Notes: generated by a model from the letters alone, not told the origin. A DNA stretch of 64,000 bases from Octopus vulgaris (GCA_951406725.2 OX597829.1:41974001-42038000); one strand, 5' to 3'. Shown: positions 10,825-24,971, counted from the stretch's first letter. Made by a program: numbers and translations.

Positions 10825-11220
10825 TTTTACTTGTTTCAGTCATTTGACTGCGGCCATGCTGGAGCACCGCCTTTAGTCGAGCAAATCGACCCCAGGACTT
10901 ATTCTTTGTAAGCCCAGTACTTATTCTATCGGTCTCTTTTGCCGGGGACGTAAACACACCAGCATCGGTTGTCAAGCAATGCTAGGGGCACAAATACAGA
11001 CACACAAACATACACACACACACACATATATATATATACATACATATATACGACGGGCTTCTCTCAGTTTCCGTCTACCAAATCCACTCACAAGGCTTTG
11101 GGCTTTGGTTGGCCCGAGGCTATAGCAGAAGACAATTGCCCAAGATGCCACGCAGTGGGACTGAACCCGGAACCATGTGGTTGGTAAGCAAGCTACTTAC
11201 CACACAGCCACTCCTGCGCC
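10825..11220 (-). mobile_element. SINE S1
   Basis: Reverse complement of the 3504-3912 family with a small internal deletion. Confidence 0.88.
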
Positions 11221-11261
11221 TATATATATTTATATAAAATATTAAATAATATATATACATG

Positions 11262-11612
11262 CATATATAGGTACAGGACGTCACCAACGGTGCAAATAAC
11301 ATGAAATACATAAACAAACGAGGGAAAAACGAATGAAATACATAAGCAGCAAGAAAAAATGGAAAACAGAACTGGCAAACACAGAGAAAGAACCCTTCAT
11401 CAGTTAGTTGTCGGCTGTCTATCTACTCCTCATTTCCAGAATTCAACGACGATATGGGTCTTCAAATACAGTTGCTCCCATGAATTCTAAAATAAAATTT
11501 AAGAATTATGGATGGTCAAAGCTGGGAAGAAAAGCACGAAAGTGGGGATATACAAAGAAACCGAACGAAAACAAGCATGGAGGGTCGTTGGACCAGAGCG
11601 AGAGAAAAACAT
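11262..11612 (-). mobile_element. Possible decayed Penelope pseudo-LTR-like fragment
   Basis: The minus strand is pyrimidine-rich, contains ctgatgaaggg and ends in (TA)-rich sequence, like 19400-19797. No complete ribozyme fold. Confidence 0.35.
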
Positions 11613-11765
11613 ATATGTGTGCGTGTGTGTATAGACGAATGAGTGGACAAACGAAAGACAGAGATAATGATAATCCTTTGGAACAATACTATAAGAGTGC
11701 CGCGCGGTAGGACTGAACCTGAAATTATGTGTTCAGAAAGAAAATTTCCAAGTTATACCAAGGAA

Positions 11766-11766
<1 letters not shown>

Positions 11767-11858
<92 letters not shown>

Positions 11859-11868
11859 GTCTGTCTGC

Positions 11869-11900
<32 letters not shown>

Positions 11901-12002
11901 ATATCTATCTATCTATCTGTGTATGCGTCTGTCTGTCTGTCTATACACAGATGTTTTTACACATACATATACATATATATATATATATACATACATATAT
12001 AT

Positions 12003-12042
<40 letters not shown>
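11767..12042. repeat. Compound microsatellite (TATC)n-(TGTC)n-(TA)n
   Basis: Directly visible. Confidence 0.95.
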
Positions 12043-12043
<1 letters not shown>

Positions 12044-12478
12044 TGTATTGGCCTGCTCGCTTAGCCAGCGGGGTGGCGTCATTCGAAGGCTAAAACAATG
12101 CGAACGCATTGTGACCAGTGATGTGTAACTACATCTGATGGACTGGTCGTTCACGTAAGGAACGTAATATATGCATGTATATATATAAATATATATATAT
12201 ACACATTCACACACATGCATACAAAGATACATGCACACTCATGCACTGATGCTTGTTTTTATGTTAAGTTATAAAAGCAGTTTAACATTACCTCGAAGAA
12301 TTACTCAATACCTTTGTACTCTGCTTTTGAGTAGAGTACAATTTTATTAACTTCTACCAGGCAAAAATGTGACGCCGAGGTTTCTGCCTACTTGTAGTTT
12401 GATGAAGGCGAGCAAACAGAAACTTCGAAGTAACCCTGTCAACGTATTTTTTGTAAAAGTTAATATATATATATAACG

Positions 12479-13421
12479 TTGTATGTATGTATGTATGTAT
12501 GTATGTATGTATGTATGTATGTATGTATGTATGTATGTATGTATGTATGTATGTATGTATGTATGTATGTATGTATGTATGTATGTATGTATGTATGTAT
12601 GTATGTATGTATGTATGTATGTATGTATGTATGTATGTATGTATGTATGTATGTATGTATGTATGTATGTATGTATGTGTATTTGTATGTATGTATGTAT
12701 GTATGTGTGTATGTATGTATGTGTGTGTGTATGTATGTATGTGTGTATGTATGTATGTACGTACTTACGTATGTATGTATGTATGTATATATGTATGTAT
12801 GTGTGTTTGTATGTATGTATGTGTGTATGCATGCATGTATGTATGTATGTATGTATGTATGTATGTATGTATGTATGTATGTATGTATGTATGTATGTAT
12901 GTATGTATGTATGTATGTATGTATGTATGTATGTATGTATGTATGTATGTATGTGTGTGTGTATGTATGTACGTATGTATGTATTCTTGTATGTATGTAT
13001 GTATGTATGTGTGTGTGTGTGTATGTATGTGTGTATGTATGTATGTATGTACGTACGTACTTACGTATGTATGTATGTATATATGTATGTATGTGTGTTT
13101 GTATGTATGTGTGTATGCATGCATGCATGTATGTATGTATGTATGTATGTATGTATGTATGTATGTATGTATGTATGTATGTGTGTATGTATGTATGTAT
13201 GTATGTATGTATGTATGTATGTATGTGTGTGTGTATGTATGTACGTATGTATGTATGTATGTTTGTATGTATGTATGTATGTATGTGTGTGTGTATGTAT
13301 GTATGTATGTATGTATGTATGTACGTACGTACTTACGTATGTATGTATGTATGTATGTATATATGTATGTATGTGTGTTTGTATGTATGTATGTGTGTAT
13401 GCATGCATGTATGTATGTATG

Positions 13422-13453
<32 letters not shown>

Positions 13454-13599
13454 TGTATATATATATGTATGTATGTATGTATGTATGCATGTATGTATGT
13501 ATGTATGCATGTATGTATGTATGTATGTATGTATGTATGTATGTATGTATGTATGTGTGTGTGCATGTATGTAGGTATGTATGTATGTAAGTGTGTATG

Positions 13600-13630
<31 letters not shown>

Positions 13631-13690
13631 TGTATGTGTGTATGTATGTATCTATATATATGTGTGTGTGTGTGTGTATGTATGTATGTG
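12479..13690. repeat. 1.2-kb (TATG)n array with higher-order structure
   Basis: Directly visible. The variant block gtacttacg...gtgtttgtatg...tgcatgcatg recurs at about 12760, 13057 and 13329. Confidence 0.95.
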
Positions 13691-14754
13691 AGTATGTACA
13701 TACGTGCGTACCGGCGTACGTATGTGTGTATATTAGTAGTTAATTCTCTCTTAATTCCTCAGTTACAAAGAAGTGAAATGAAGAAAAAAGACCTTTTTTC
13801 TGAGAAAAATAACTAGTGATAAATAAATAAAAGTGAGAATGAGAGAGGGAAGGAGGGAGGGAGGGAAAGAGAGAATAAATGTAGCTTCACTGTTATTTTA
13901 GTTTTAATTGTTAATTATCTGCTTAATCTTCACAAAAATATAGACATGGTTGATTAAATTAAGTTTTCAGAAAAGAGGTTTAGAACAAAATACAAAAGTA
14001 AAAAAAAAAATTCGAACTATTAAGTAAAATACAATGCAAGAATAATGAATATATACAAATGTAAAAATATTGGCTTATGTACACCGGAAGTTGCCCTACA
14101 ACTATAGGGAAGCTGTTTTAACTTCCGGTGTATCTGGTTCACAGATAAACTGTATGCAGGTCAGAAAATCGTTAGCAAAATGTCTGCAGGGTAGAGAAAT
14201 ACAGATGTTACGATGTTCATCAAAAAATGCAGGTCTAAGTGAGATTGTTTGATGACAGCATCATATTTTGACCAGGGAAGTCCCATATTATATTGCATTA
14301 TATAAAAATAATGATATAAACTGATAAATAAAAAAAACAAACAAATACAGTTCAAAAATAAAGCATATAAAATATAAACTCGATGTCCTTGACATTAAGT
14401 ATGCTTTTAATGAAGTACCGCTTCCGCTTAAAGCTACCCTCATCAAATATTCCATTTAGAACTGGCAAACTTGTTTCCTGTCCACCGTGGAACTTCTGTC
14501 CGAAATCTCATTCCATAGATGCAGGAGCTCACTCAAGGCCTAATGCTCTCACCCAGATATTAAAGAAAAATGTTTGTGGTAAAAACAAAAAAATCAAAGA
14601 AACAAAAGAATGTGTATTTGCTTCTGTGTTAACAAATACGTGTTAAATTTACTTTGTAAAATGTACTTCATAACCTTTTCCGGTTTATTTTAGAAACAAC
14701 CTGTATCCCATCAAATGGCTTTCTATTTCACGAAATATATATGGTATTTTTTTT

Positions 14755-15125
14755 TACTTGTTTCAGTCATTAAAATGCGGCCATGCTAGGGCACAGCCTT
14801 GAAGAGTTATTAATCGAACGAATGGCTCCCAGTACATTTTAAAGCCTGGTACGTATTCTATCGCTCTCTTTTGCTGAACCGCTATGTTACGGGGACGTAA
14901 GCAAACAACATCGTTTTTTCAAATGGTTGCGGTGGTGGCGGATAACCACAGACACAAAGGCACACACGGTGAACCTGGAATCATGTGATTGAGAAGCAAA
15001 CTTCTTACTACACAGCCATGCCTTTTTAAAACAATTTTAAAGTCTGGCACTTATTCTATCGGACTCTTACCGAAATGCTAAATTAACGACATAAACAAAT
15101 CAACACCGGTTGTCAAACGGTGTTC
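14755..15125 (-). mobile_element. Degenerate SINE S1 fragments
   Basis: ttacttgtttcagtcattaaaatgcggccatgctagg ... cttcttactacacagccatgcc. Confidence 0.7.
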
Positions 15126-15739
15126 GTACAAATGCTAGAATAAGTACGCAAAAGCCCCACTCCGCCAACATACGTATATATATATATGCGGCGGGTTTCC
15201 ACATAGGTTCCGTTTACTAAATTTGCTCACAAGGTTGCAAAGCCAGTTTCTTAATTGCTCAGCAACGCCTGTTTTGACATTGTTGATACTGTTAAAATGA
15301 CTTGTACTGTTTAGTGTTGAAACTACAATAAACTCTAATAGAACAGCTGATGATGGGATGATTGACATTTCAGATAATTTTTATTGTAATTTGTTGTAGT
15401 TGTTAGCCAATTCTATCGTGTATGTCCTTATTTGTTGTTATTTTTTGTGTGTTCTTTAGTATTTCGTTGTTAGCTCCGTCTCTAATTCCATTTCTGGCAT
15501 TTTCACCCAACGTTTGGTACATGCCTAGGTCTAGTTTTAATTAATTCTATCTTTTTATTTTTAATTTAATTTTATGGTTAAGCGATTATAAGGGTCACAT
15601 ATGAAATTGACTCCAGACCAATGCTTTCATTTGCAATTAGTTTCAAGTGGAATAAATTCATATGAGGTCACATGATTGAGTTAGCTTTTAGCTAACAATT
15701 ACATCATAGCGGACTGGGAACACAAACACAAATATATAC

Positions 15740-15745
15740 ACATAT

Positions 15746-15777
<32 letters not shown>

Positions 15778-15954
15778 CCATCCATCCATACATCCATACA
15801 TACATACATACATACATACATACATACATACATACATACATACGTACGTACATACACATGCATACGTTGAAAAATATACATACATACATACATACATAGA
15901 TACATACATACATACATACATACATACATACATACATACATCATACATACATAA
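15740..15954. repeat. (TA)n/(CATA)n microsatellite
   Basis: Directly visible. Confidence 0.95.
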
Positions 15955-16570
15955 GCTCACGTTCTACAAGGAAATTCTCACGTACCTATTTAAAAATACA
16001 ATGGACTTTGAGCTAGCTATACCATATTGGCTGACCGATGACCGGACTACTTTTATCCCCAAGAACAAAGAGACCCATGTGAGTAAAAACTATAGGCCCA
16101 TAGCATGCTTGAATGTTATGTAGAAATTGTACATAGGTTGCCTGAATAGGTTTCTCCAAGAACACTGCCAAACAAATGGTGTTATAACTGATGAAAAGAC
16201 AGGAGGAAAGAAAGGACTCTGAGGCTGTGCCAAACAGCTCCTCCTTAACAAAGCAGTCTTAAAGGGAGTCAAGCACCATCGCCGTAATCTCATAGCGATA
16301 TAGCTACAAGAAGGCGCTCGTCTCATGGATGATAAAATCACACCACCTTGCCAAAATACCAGCTGCTATAATGAATGTCATTGACATACTGACCACAACA
16401 TGGTCCACATAGTTATCATTGACAAATACTAAAGTAACAGTTACTGTTACAAACAGAATTAAGGTTATTAACAGGCATATTCCACGGTGATAATTTATCT
16501 GTAATGTTTGTACTGGCAGTGAATCCTTTGTCAGCCCTGTTAACAAAATGTCAATACTACATGCTGGGAT

Positions 16571-16860
16571 TTGTTTGTTCCTTCTCGAGCCATGCCTGGC
16601 TCATAAGGGCTAGTTTCCCGGTTTCCTTGGCTTATAGGTTCCCCACTTGGACGGGACGCCGGTCCGTCGCAGGTGAGCTGCAAGATGCAGGAGGAAAGAG
16701 TGAGAGAGAAAGTTGTGGCGAAAGAGTCAGCAGAGGTTCGCCAATACCTTCCGCCGGAGTCGCGTGGAGCTTAGGTGTTTAGCGTCTGAGATTCGAACCC
16801 GCGATCCCTCGATCGCGAGTCCGCTGCTCTAACCACTTGGCCATGCGCCTCCACCGAGGC
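16571..16860 (-). mobile_element. tRNA-derived SINE, family S3, with TSD
   Basis: Minus-strand head ggaggcgcatggccaagtggttagagcagcggactc...gggttcgaatctc (A and B boxes). Central cctgcgacggaccggcgtcccgtcc (V/Meta-domain-like). 12-bp TSD acatgctgggat at 16559-16570 and 16861-16872. Confidence 0.88.
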
Positions 16861-16977
16861 ACATGCTGGGATATGCAGAAAAGAATAAAATTAATGCTAC
16901 CCATACATTTTTGTTAATAATCAAAAGTTATATTCTGGTAATATGATCAACGTAAAGAAACAATTAGAACTAGTTCC

Positions 16978-17810
16978 AACATGGGCTGAAAAGTTCATAG
17001 GCTGACCACGATACAATGGTCGAACTTGACCAAATGTGTTTTATTTTTCGATATAGTCTCCGCTGCGGTCCATACACTTCTTACATCGGTGTTGCAACGC
17101 TTGGATTCACGTGGTATAGAAGCTCTCATCCTGACCCTCCAAAAAGTCCTCAACGGCAAATACGACCTCATTAATCGGTCCGATATTGCTTCCCAGTCAA
17201 GTGTCTTTTTCTTGTTGGGAACAGAAAATAGTCAGATGGCGCCAAATAAGGAGAATATGGAAGGTGGTCAACCATGTTCAAAGCCACAGTCGCGCACAGC
17301 AGCCATTGCAACTACAAACTTGTGTGCAAGAGCATTGTCCTTGTGAAGCAGGACCCCATTAGCTATCTGATTAGCATTTAAAAGTCTGTCATCCATCACC
17401 ATGTGGTGAATACGTCGATGTTTTCTTGGGCGGTGGCTGTTGCAGGACGTCTGGAACTTGGGTCATCTTCAAGACTATCCCTACCCCTTTTGAATTCAGT
17501 TACCCACTTTTGCACAGTTGATAAAGCTACAGCATCATCCCCTAATGTAGCAGCCATGACAACATGAATGTCCCTGAGGGGATGGGGGCTAACCCCTTTT
17601 TCTGTAGATATTTGATAACACCACGGTGACAAATTTTATCCATTTTCAGGAAATGTTTATAGAACCACTTCTCCAAGTCCTCAGTTATGTATCTGGAAAG
17701 AAAACATGCAGTTAGCATCAGTAAAGATTGAATTTAATGCATACCAAGTTTAATTACTGTATAATAACCCCTTCTTAGTCAGTCTATGAACCTTTCAGTC
17801 CAGCCTCGTA
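16978..17810 (-). mobile_element. Internally deleted mariner (Tc1/mariner) element
   Basis: TIRs gggctgaaaagttcataggctgac and gtcagtctatgaacctttcagtccagcctcgta. Transposase remnants STVQKWVTEFKRGRDSLEDDPSSRRPATA (HTH) and LLHKDNALAH..AMAAVRDCGFE (second catalytic Asp region). Confidence 0.9.
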
Positions 17811-19471
17811 GGAATGAAGTTTGGGTAAGATAAATGTTCATACATGATAGTCAACCGAAGAAAAATTGTCGACTAGGTACGGAACATGTACATAAACGGC
17901 TTGTCTATCTCTAATGATAAAAACTACAAGTGCCTCGAAATTGATGAGAATGTTGCATTTCATGTTGTGACTAAAGCAGAATAACAAAAGAGCACTTGTG
18001 TAGACTCAAGAAAATATGGAACTTAGTGCTGTTTGCATCTAACAAGACCATATCTCAATACTTTCGCACTGCCAGTGCTAGGACCATCATTTGGCATATT
18101 GGACTGGACACTCGATGAGATACGCGGCTAGGACATCAAAACCAGAAAGGTACTGACCACCACTGGCAAATTCCACATTAACAGCGACACCGAAAGGATT
18201 TATGTGAGATATAGTGATGACGGTAGATGTATAAGTCAGATCAAACAGCCTTTAAATGTTGCATTGTATCATCAGATAACACCTGCTGAACAGTAAAGAA
18301 AGAAATGAGTACATTCCATGCATACTCAAAAGTGAGAGCAACATCTTCAGAGTTGGAGAACTACTGTGCAGGTACTCTGAGAATGCAACTGTCTCATGCG
18401 ACCCAAAAGAGGCTGGACTGGCCTTCTTAAAAAAGAGCTTGGAGGAGAAGCAAGCATCATACCAGCAAAGAGCAATGCATGGGTACATATCATATAAGTT
18501 AGAGGGCAACAACAGCATTAACAAGATGGGTAGCTGTTTCTGGACTTGTGATAGAAAAATGTACCTGCGTTATCCAGGGACAGGAGATGGCTACTTAATT
18601 CCTAATAAACAAGAGGGACAAAGATACCACCAAACCTCCATGTTGTGGTAGAAAATGCCGGTTCTGCTATACCAGTGTGAAAGATATCACCCACATCATC
18701 ATCAGCTGCTCCCAAAATGTCTAAGTGATACTACCTTCCCCCGAGGTATGATATAGTTGCAGATACTATTTACAATGCTATCCGCAAGAAATATTGCCCT
18801 GACGTATAAATCAAAGGCATGTCAGAACCAGTAGGTACTCACCACCTTTAAAAAAAAGAAAAGAATACTGATGGAACACCTCAAAAAAACATCAATTCGA
18901 TGCAAACATAGCAGACCTGGTACTATTCTGTGGGAAAGGGAACAAACGTCATACACTCTTGTAGAGGTCAGCCAAATGTACAACCAAAAGTCCGGGTAAG
19001 AGAGAACATTCATGGCGTATCAATGTACCCCGACTATGAATTCTCCTTTGTACTTACCAACATAATTGCATTAGGTTATGTACCAAAAAATTTCCACCAA
19101 AAGCTTGAAATACTAGTTTCATGGAGAAAGAGCAAAAGAAACTGACGCGGATTCTCCAAATCTAATCTCTTAGTGGCATAGTGAAGATTTGTAAAACATT
19201 CCAAAAGTTCTCCATCTGAGATTCTTATGTGAATAGATGCACACACTTGGGTGTACGCATCGACTCACCAACTCAAACACATATTTACAAACACCGGGAA
19301 ATCTCTTAACTCAAGCAGTTTTGTCGCTTGTTAGCGACTGGCTTGAACTCTTTCAAGAACTTTAATAAAACTCGAAGAAAAATTACACATACATATACTG
19401 TAGCCACATGTGGATCGGTGGCGACTTTTTTCGTCCGTCTTCCTTTTCTCCTGGACTTTCCTCCGTCCTCT

Positions 19472-19506
19472 GTTTCTGACAAAGAGCTTTGCTCGAAACG
19501 TAAAAC
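19472..19506 (+). ncRNA. Minimal type I hammerhead ribozyme (G8A variant)
   Basis: gttt-CTGACAA-a-gagc-ttt-gctc-GAAA-c-g-T-A-aaac. Stem I gttt/aaac. Confidence 0.6.
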
Positions 19507-19692
19507 CATCTTTCTTTCCTTCCTTGAGCGTCTGCTAATACTTTGCATGTATCACGTCCACGCGTTGTTGTTTTTTCTTGTGTTTGTTCTTCGTTTTCTT
19601 TTTTTTTTGGGGGGGGGGTGACCGCGTGTGTATCGTTGGCGATTTTCTTTCTCCGTCTTTCCTCCTTCCTTGGAATTTAACCTTTTTTCTTT

Positions 19693-19727
19693 ATTTCTGA
19701 CGAAGAGCTCTGCTCGAAACGTTAAAT
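19693..19727 (+). ncRNA. Minimal type I hammerhead ribozyme
   Basis: attt-CTGACGA-a-gagc-tct-gctc-GAAA-c-g-T-T-aaat. Stem I attt/aaat, palindromic stem III aacgtt. Confidence 0.72.
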
Positions 19728-19794
19728 CGTCCAATAACACTATACTTGTTCCACGTCCTCGTGTTGTGTTTTCTCTTTGTTCATGTTCGGGTAA

Positions 19795-19874
<80 letters not shown>

Positions 19875-20263
19875 GGATAAACCTTTATTTCTGTAAATAA
19901 GAGAAAGTACTCGCTACAGAGTGACGTTATCAGAATCTGAATGTAGGTGGGTAATAGTAGAAATAGCAATGGTGTTGGTGGTCGTCGTGAAGGTTGTTGC
20001 ACTGATGGCATAAAATGGTAATGATTTTGGTGGTGGTGGAGGTGGTGGTGGTAGTGGTGGATGTAATTTTGTCGTTGTTGTTTCACTGTCACCGAGCAGC
20101 CCTATGAGGAAATGCATTCCAGCCGTGATCAACCCATGTTAATTGAAAAGATATATATCGCTATCTTTGTTATTTCAACTACATGAACAGCTATCGTTCA
20201 TTTCTAGCAGTTCAAGAGATCTTGTATAAACTTCCTCGCTGTTGTTGTTGTCGTTGCTGTAGT

Positions 20264-20272
20264 TTAGTAGTT

Positions 20273-20337
<65 letters not shown>

Positions 20338-20547
20338 TGTAGTAGTAGTGGAAGTGGTGGTATAGTGGTATAGTGGTATTAGTAAAAGCGTCAGCAACAG
20401 CAGTCATTATTGTTTAGTCCCAAACTCATCCCATAAGCAAGCCTCCGACCAAAGGCATTCTAGCCGTGACCAAGCGTCTTAATTTCGGACTCCATGATTT
20501 GTATTATCCTTATTCAAACCGTTTCGTCGTCGACGACAGTAGCACCA

Positions 20548-20603
<56 letters not shown>

Positions 20604-20842
20604 CATTCATATACTGCCTTTCCTCTTATTATTACTGTTATACGGTCCTTTTTTCGTTTTGTGCTCGGCCCTTGTGGCCAATAAAGAAAAAGATTGTTGG
20701 TGTTGTTGGTGTTGTTGTTGTTGTTGTATTTCTTCTTCTTCTTCTTCTTCTTCTTCTTCTTCTTCTCCTTCTTCTCCTTCCTCTTCATCATCATCATCAT
20801 CTTCTTCTTCTTCTTCTTCTTCTTCTTCTTCTTCTTCTTCTT

Positions 20843-20873
<31 letters not shown>

Positions 20874-21373
20874 TTATTATTATTTTGATCCGTCTCCTCA
20901 CACTTGTTCTTTTCCACTTATCCTTTTTTCCTTTCTCTATACTCCTCTCACTCACTCACTCACTCACTCACTCACTCACACATTCCCCCTTCTCTCTCTC
21001 TCTCTCGATTTCGTCCTCTCGTTCAGTCTGTATTTCTTTTGTTTTCTTGCCTCTGACAAACCTTATTTTTTTTATCCCTCTTTCTTTTTCTTTTTTTATT
21101 TTGTTTGTGTTTGCTTTGTTATTGTTCTTATGCATATCTGTTTGATCCACTAAATACACATGCTGAGTCATTTAGATGGACGTTTCTACAAGAGCCTATC
21201 TGCATTTACGTATTATTTAGAAAAGTCGGTGGTGGTGATGGTGGTGGTGAAGAGGAGGAGGCGGTGGTGACGGCGGAGGGCAAGGTTCTTTTGAGTTTAT
21301 AAACGTAACATGTTTACGTATGCATGTATGTGCGTATGCTTCTACTATGAGTTCACATGTGTGTGCGTATGTG

Positions 21374-21415
<42 letters not shown>

Positions 21416-22414
21416 TGTTTCTTTTCTTTTTCTTTTGTTTTATGGGTTGAGTTTTAAGGTGGTGTAGAGAGAAGTTGGTTGTAAAAGAAAAAGCAGGAAT
21501 AAAGAAATAAGAAATATATATAAAACGGTGAACCGGAAGATAAGATCAGAAATACGGATTTCAGAAGTAGGTGTAAGGATTGGCCATTCAACTGTGCAGT
21601 TTTTCGAAAATAAAGACGAGAGCACTTAAAATAAAATATGAAAATAAAAACCAAAAAAACCCATAAAAGGACTAAAAGTATAAAATATATTAAAAAAAAA
21701 TATGTAAAAGGTTTGATGATATCTTGAAGAAGAAAACAAGACGAAGGCGACGACGAGGAGAATGAGAAGAAGAAGGAGAGGAAGAAGAAGGAGAAGGAGA
21801 AGAAGAAGAAGAAGAAGAAGAAGAAGAAGAAGAAGAAGAAGAAGAAGAAGAAGAAGAAGAAGAAGAAGGAGAAAGAAGAAGAAGAGGAAGGGGAAGAAGA
21901 AGAAGAAGAAGAAGAAGAAGAAGAAGAAGAAGAAGAAGAAAGAGGAGGAGAAGAAGAAGGAGAAGATGAAGAAGAAGAGAAAGAAGAAGAGGAAGGGGAA
22001 GAGGAAGAAGAAGAAAAGGAAAACGACGACGAGTACGACGACGACGATGATGATGATGATGATGATGATGATGATAACAGTTTTGGTTGGGGATGTGTGT
22101 AGCATGATGATGGTGGTATTGATGATGACACGACGACGATAAGGATGACGATGATGATGTTGATGATGATGATGACGACGACGACGACGACGGCGACGAT
22201 GATGATCATGATAACGACGACAATGACGATGGTGATGTCGGTGATGATGATGACGACGAAAGCTGATGATGATGACGGCGATGACGATGACGACTACGAC
22301 GACGACGACGACGATGACGATAATGATGATTGATGACGACGGCTACGACGATGACGAATATAATGATGGCGATGGTGGTGGTGGTGGTGGTGGTGGTGGT
22401 GATGATGATGATGG

Positions 22415-22480
<66 letters not shown>

Positions 22481-22490
22481 CGACGATGAC

Positions 22491-22536
<46 letters not shown>

Positions 22537-22620
22537 GTGATGAGGATATGACGACGACGGCGACGACAACGACGGCGTTGATGACGAAGAGGGCGATGAG
22601 GATGAGGATGAGGATGGGTA
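20264..22620. repeat. Cluster of trinucleotide arrays (GTA, TTC, GAA, GAT/GAC, GGT)
   Basis: Directly visible. These generate the homopolymeric pseudo-ORFs in the track. Confidence 0.95.
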
Positions 22621-23431
22621 AAGAAGGTTGACGTATAAGATTATAGATACGGAAGGTAATTCGGGTAAGGGACGAAAGAAGGTAACAAGGACAAAAATTG
22701 CAGGTAAAGAGGAAATAAAATGATGAGTTGACGAAGAATAATTGAGGAAAGAAAGAATAATGGAAATAATAAAGAAAAGAATGAATATCAAACAAAAAAA
22801 AGTAAAAAAAGAACGGTGATATGCAAAAAGTAAAAGGAGACAGAATAAAGAACGAATGCAACGAAGAATAGAATACTGTGGTGAAAGAAGGAAAAGAAAG
22901 AAAAAGAATGAATGAAAGGAAAGAATGCAAAAACAAAAACTAAAGAAAGCCACAGAGAAAGAAGAGAATAAAGAAAAAAGAAAGAGAAGAGAAGTGAGCA
23001 AGCTAGAAAGAAAGAAAGAATTGACGGTGGGGGAAAGAAAAGAAGAATGACGATGTAGAAGAACGAAAGAAAGTGAAAGACGCAAATTTGGAAAGAAGGG
23101 AAGGAAACAATTTCCCTGAGAGATAGAGAAAGAGAGTTATAGAATGTGTATGTGTGAAAGAGAATAAGGGAAAGGGAGAAAGAGAGAGAAAGAGAGAGGG
23201 GGAATAACAGAAATGAAAGAAAGGTAGAATGAAGGAAAGTCGGAAAGAATAAAAATGTTAAAAAGGAAAACGACAAAAAGAATGAATGTAAGCAATAGCG
23301 AAAAAAGACAAAAAAAAACAAGAAAATGAAAGGTAAATAGGTAAAGGAAAAAATAATAAATAAAAAAAAGAAGAGTGAAAGATTGCAAAGACAACAGAAG
23401 AGATAGATAGACGTTTTTGCTGAAACGATAC

Positions 23432-24022
<591 letters not shown>

Positions 24023-24029
24023 TTTAATA

Positions 24030-24123
<94 letters not shown>

Positions 24124-24427
24124 TAGTTAGTGAAGTTAAAATAAAGAAAATGTCATATTTTGATGGCAATGATCCTGGAATCATAAAAGCGATACTGTCC
24201 ATATCATTTCGAGATTCTATATTTTTCACTTGTTTCATTAAAAAATACATGACTGTGGTCATGTTGGGACACCGCCTTGAAAGCTTTTGTTGAACAAATC
24301 TACCTTAGTGCTTATTTTTTAAAGCCTTGTACTTTATCAATCTCTTATGCCGAACCACAAGGAAAAAAAAAACGGCGACGTAAAACGGTAGTGAGGTACA
24401 AAACAAACACCATGATACATATATATA

Positions 24428-24660
24428 TATTTCTTTACTACCCACAAGGGGCTAAACATAGAGGGGACAAACAAGGACAGACAAAGGGATTAAGTCGATT
24501 ACATCGACCCCAGTGCGAAACTGGTACTTAATTTATCGACCTCGAAAGGATGAAAGGCAAAGTCGACCTCGGCGGAATTTGAACTCAGAGCGTAACGAAA
24601 GACGAAATACGGCTACGCATTTCGCCCGGTGTGCTAACGTGTCTGCCAGCTCGCCGCCTT
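24428..24660 (-). mobile_element. SINE S2, full monomer
   Basis: tatttctttactacccacaaggggctaaac...ctgccagctcgccgcc. Confidence 0.9.
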
Positions 24661-24971
24661 TTTGATATATATACATATATATCATGATATATATATATAC
24701 ATATATACATATACCATGATACATATATATATATATAAAACGCAAGGGAGAGTGGGGGATTAAACATTTTAAATTATTCCATAATTAGTCCATAATTTTG
24801 CTTACGTGCGTTTCAGGTGAGCAAGTGTTATGCAATAGATTGATGCATTATTTCTGTTCCTTAATTAATACTTATGTCATCAACTATATTATTACATACT
24901 TCGAAAAAATCAATACCGGATCATCCTTTTGAGCTACGTAATACTATTTGTTTAAATGTGAATCGAATTAA

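Larger units (their letters stand above)
15955..19386 (+). mobile_element. Decayed Dong/R4-type (RLE) LINE, interrupted by a SINE and a mariner
   Basis: Broken frames give WLTDDRTTFIPKNKETH..KNYRPIACLNV, GGKKGL*GCAKQLLLNK, FVLAVNPLS, GMKFG, and CRFCYTSVKDITHII with a KHSRP endonuclease motif. The 3' end runs into catacata. Confidence 0.8.
19400..19797 (+). mobile_element. Penelope pseudo-LTR/retrozyme-like unit with two hammerhead motifs, ending in (AT)n
   Basis: Pyrimidine-rich unit with two CTGAC(A/G)A-a-GAGC-nnn-GCTC-GAAACGT motifs 221 bp apart. Confidence 0.65.

Noticed and set aside
12347-13701. Long ORFs (up to 383 aa) of MYVC/HTYI repeats
   Set aside because: Translation of the stop-free (TATG)n microsatellite. 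The same applies to all YLSI, IYIY, HTHT and poly-I/L/S/D ORFs in the track.
14383-14646. 87-aa ORF in unique sequence
   Set aside because: No domain similarity evident, so it cannot be supported as an exon.
15340-15410. ctgatga followed by a weak hairpin (possible hammerhead)
   Set aside because: GAAA is replaced by gata, and stems I and III are not convincing.
16780-16853. tRNA-like sequence on the minus strand
   Set aside because: It is the head of a TSD-flanked SINE and has no complete acceptor stem.
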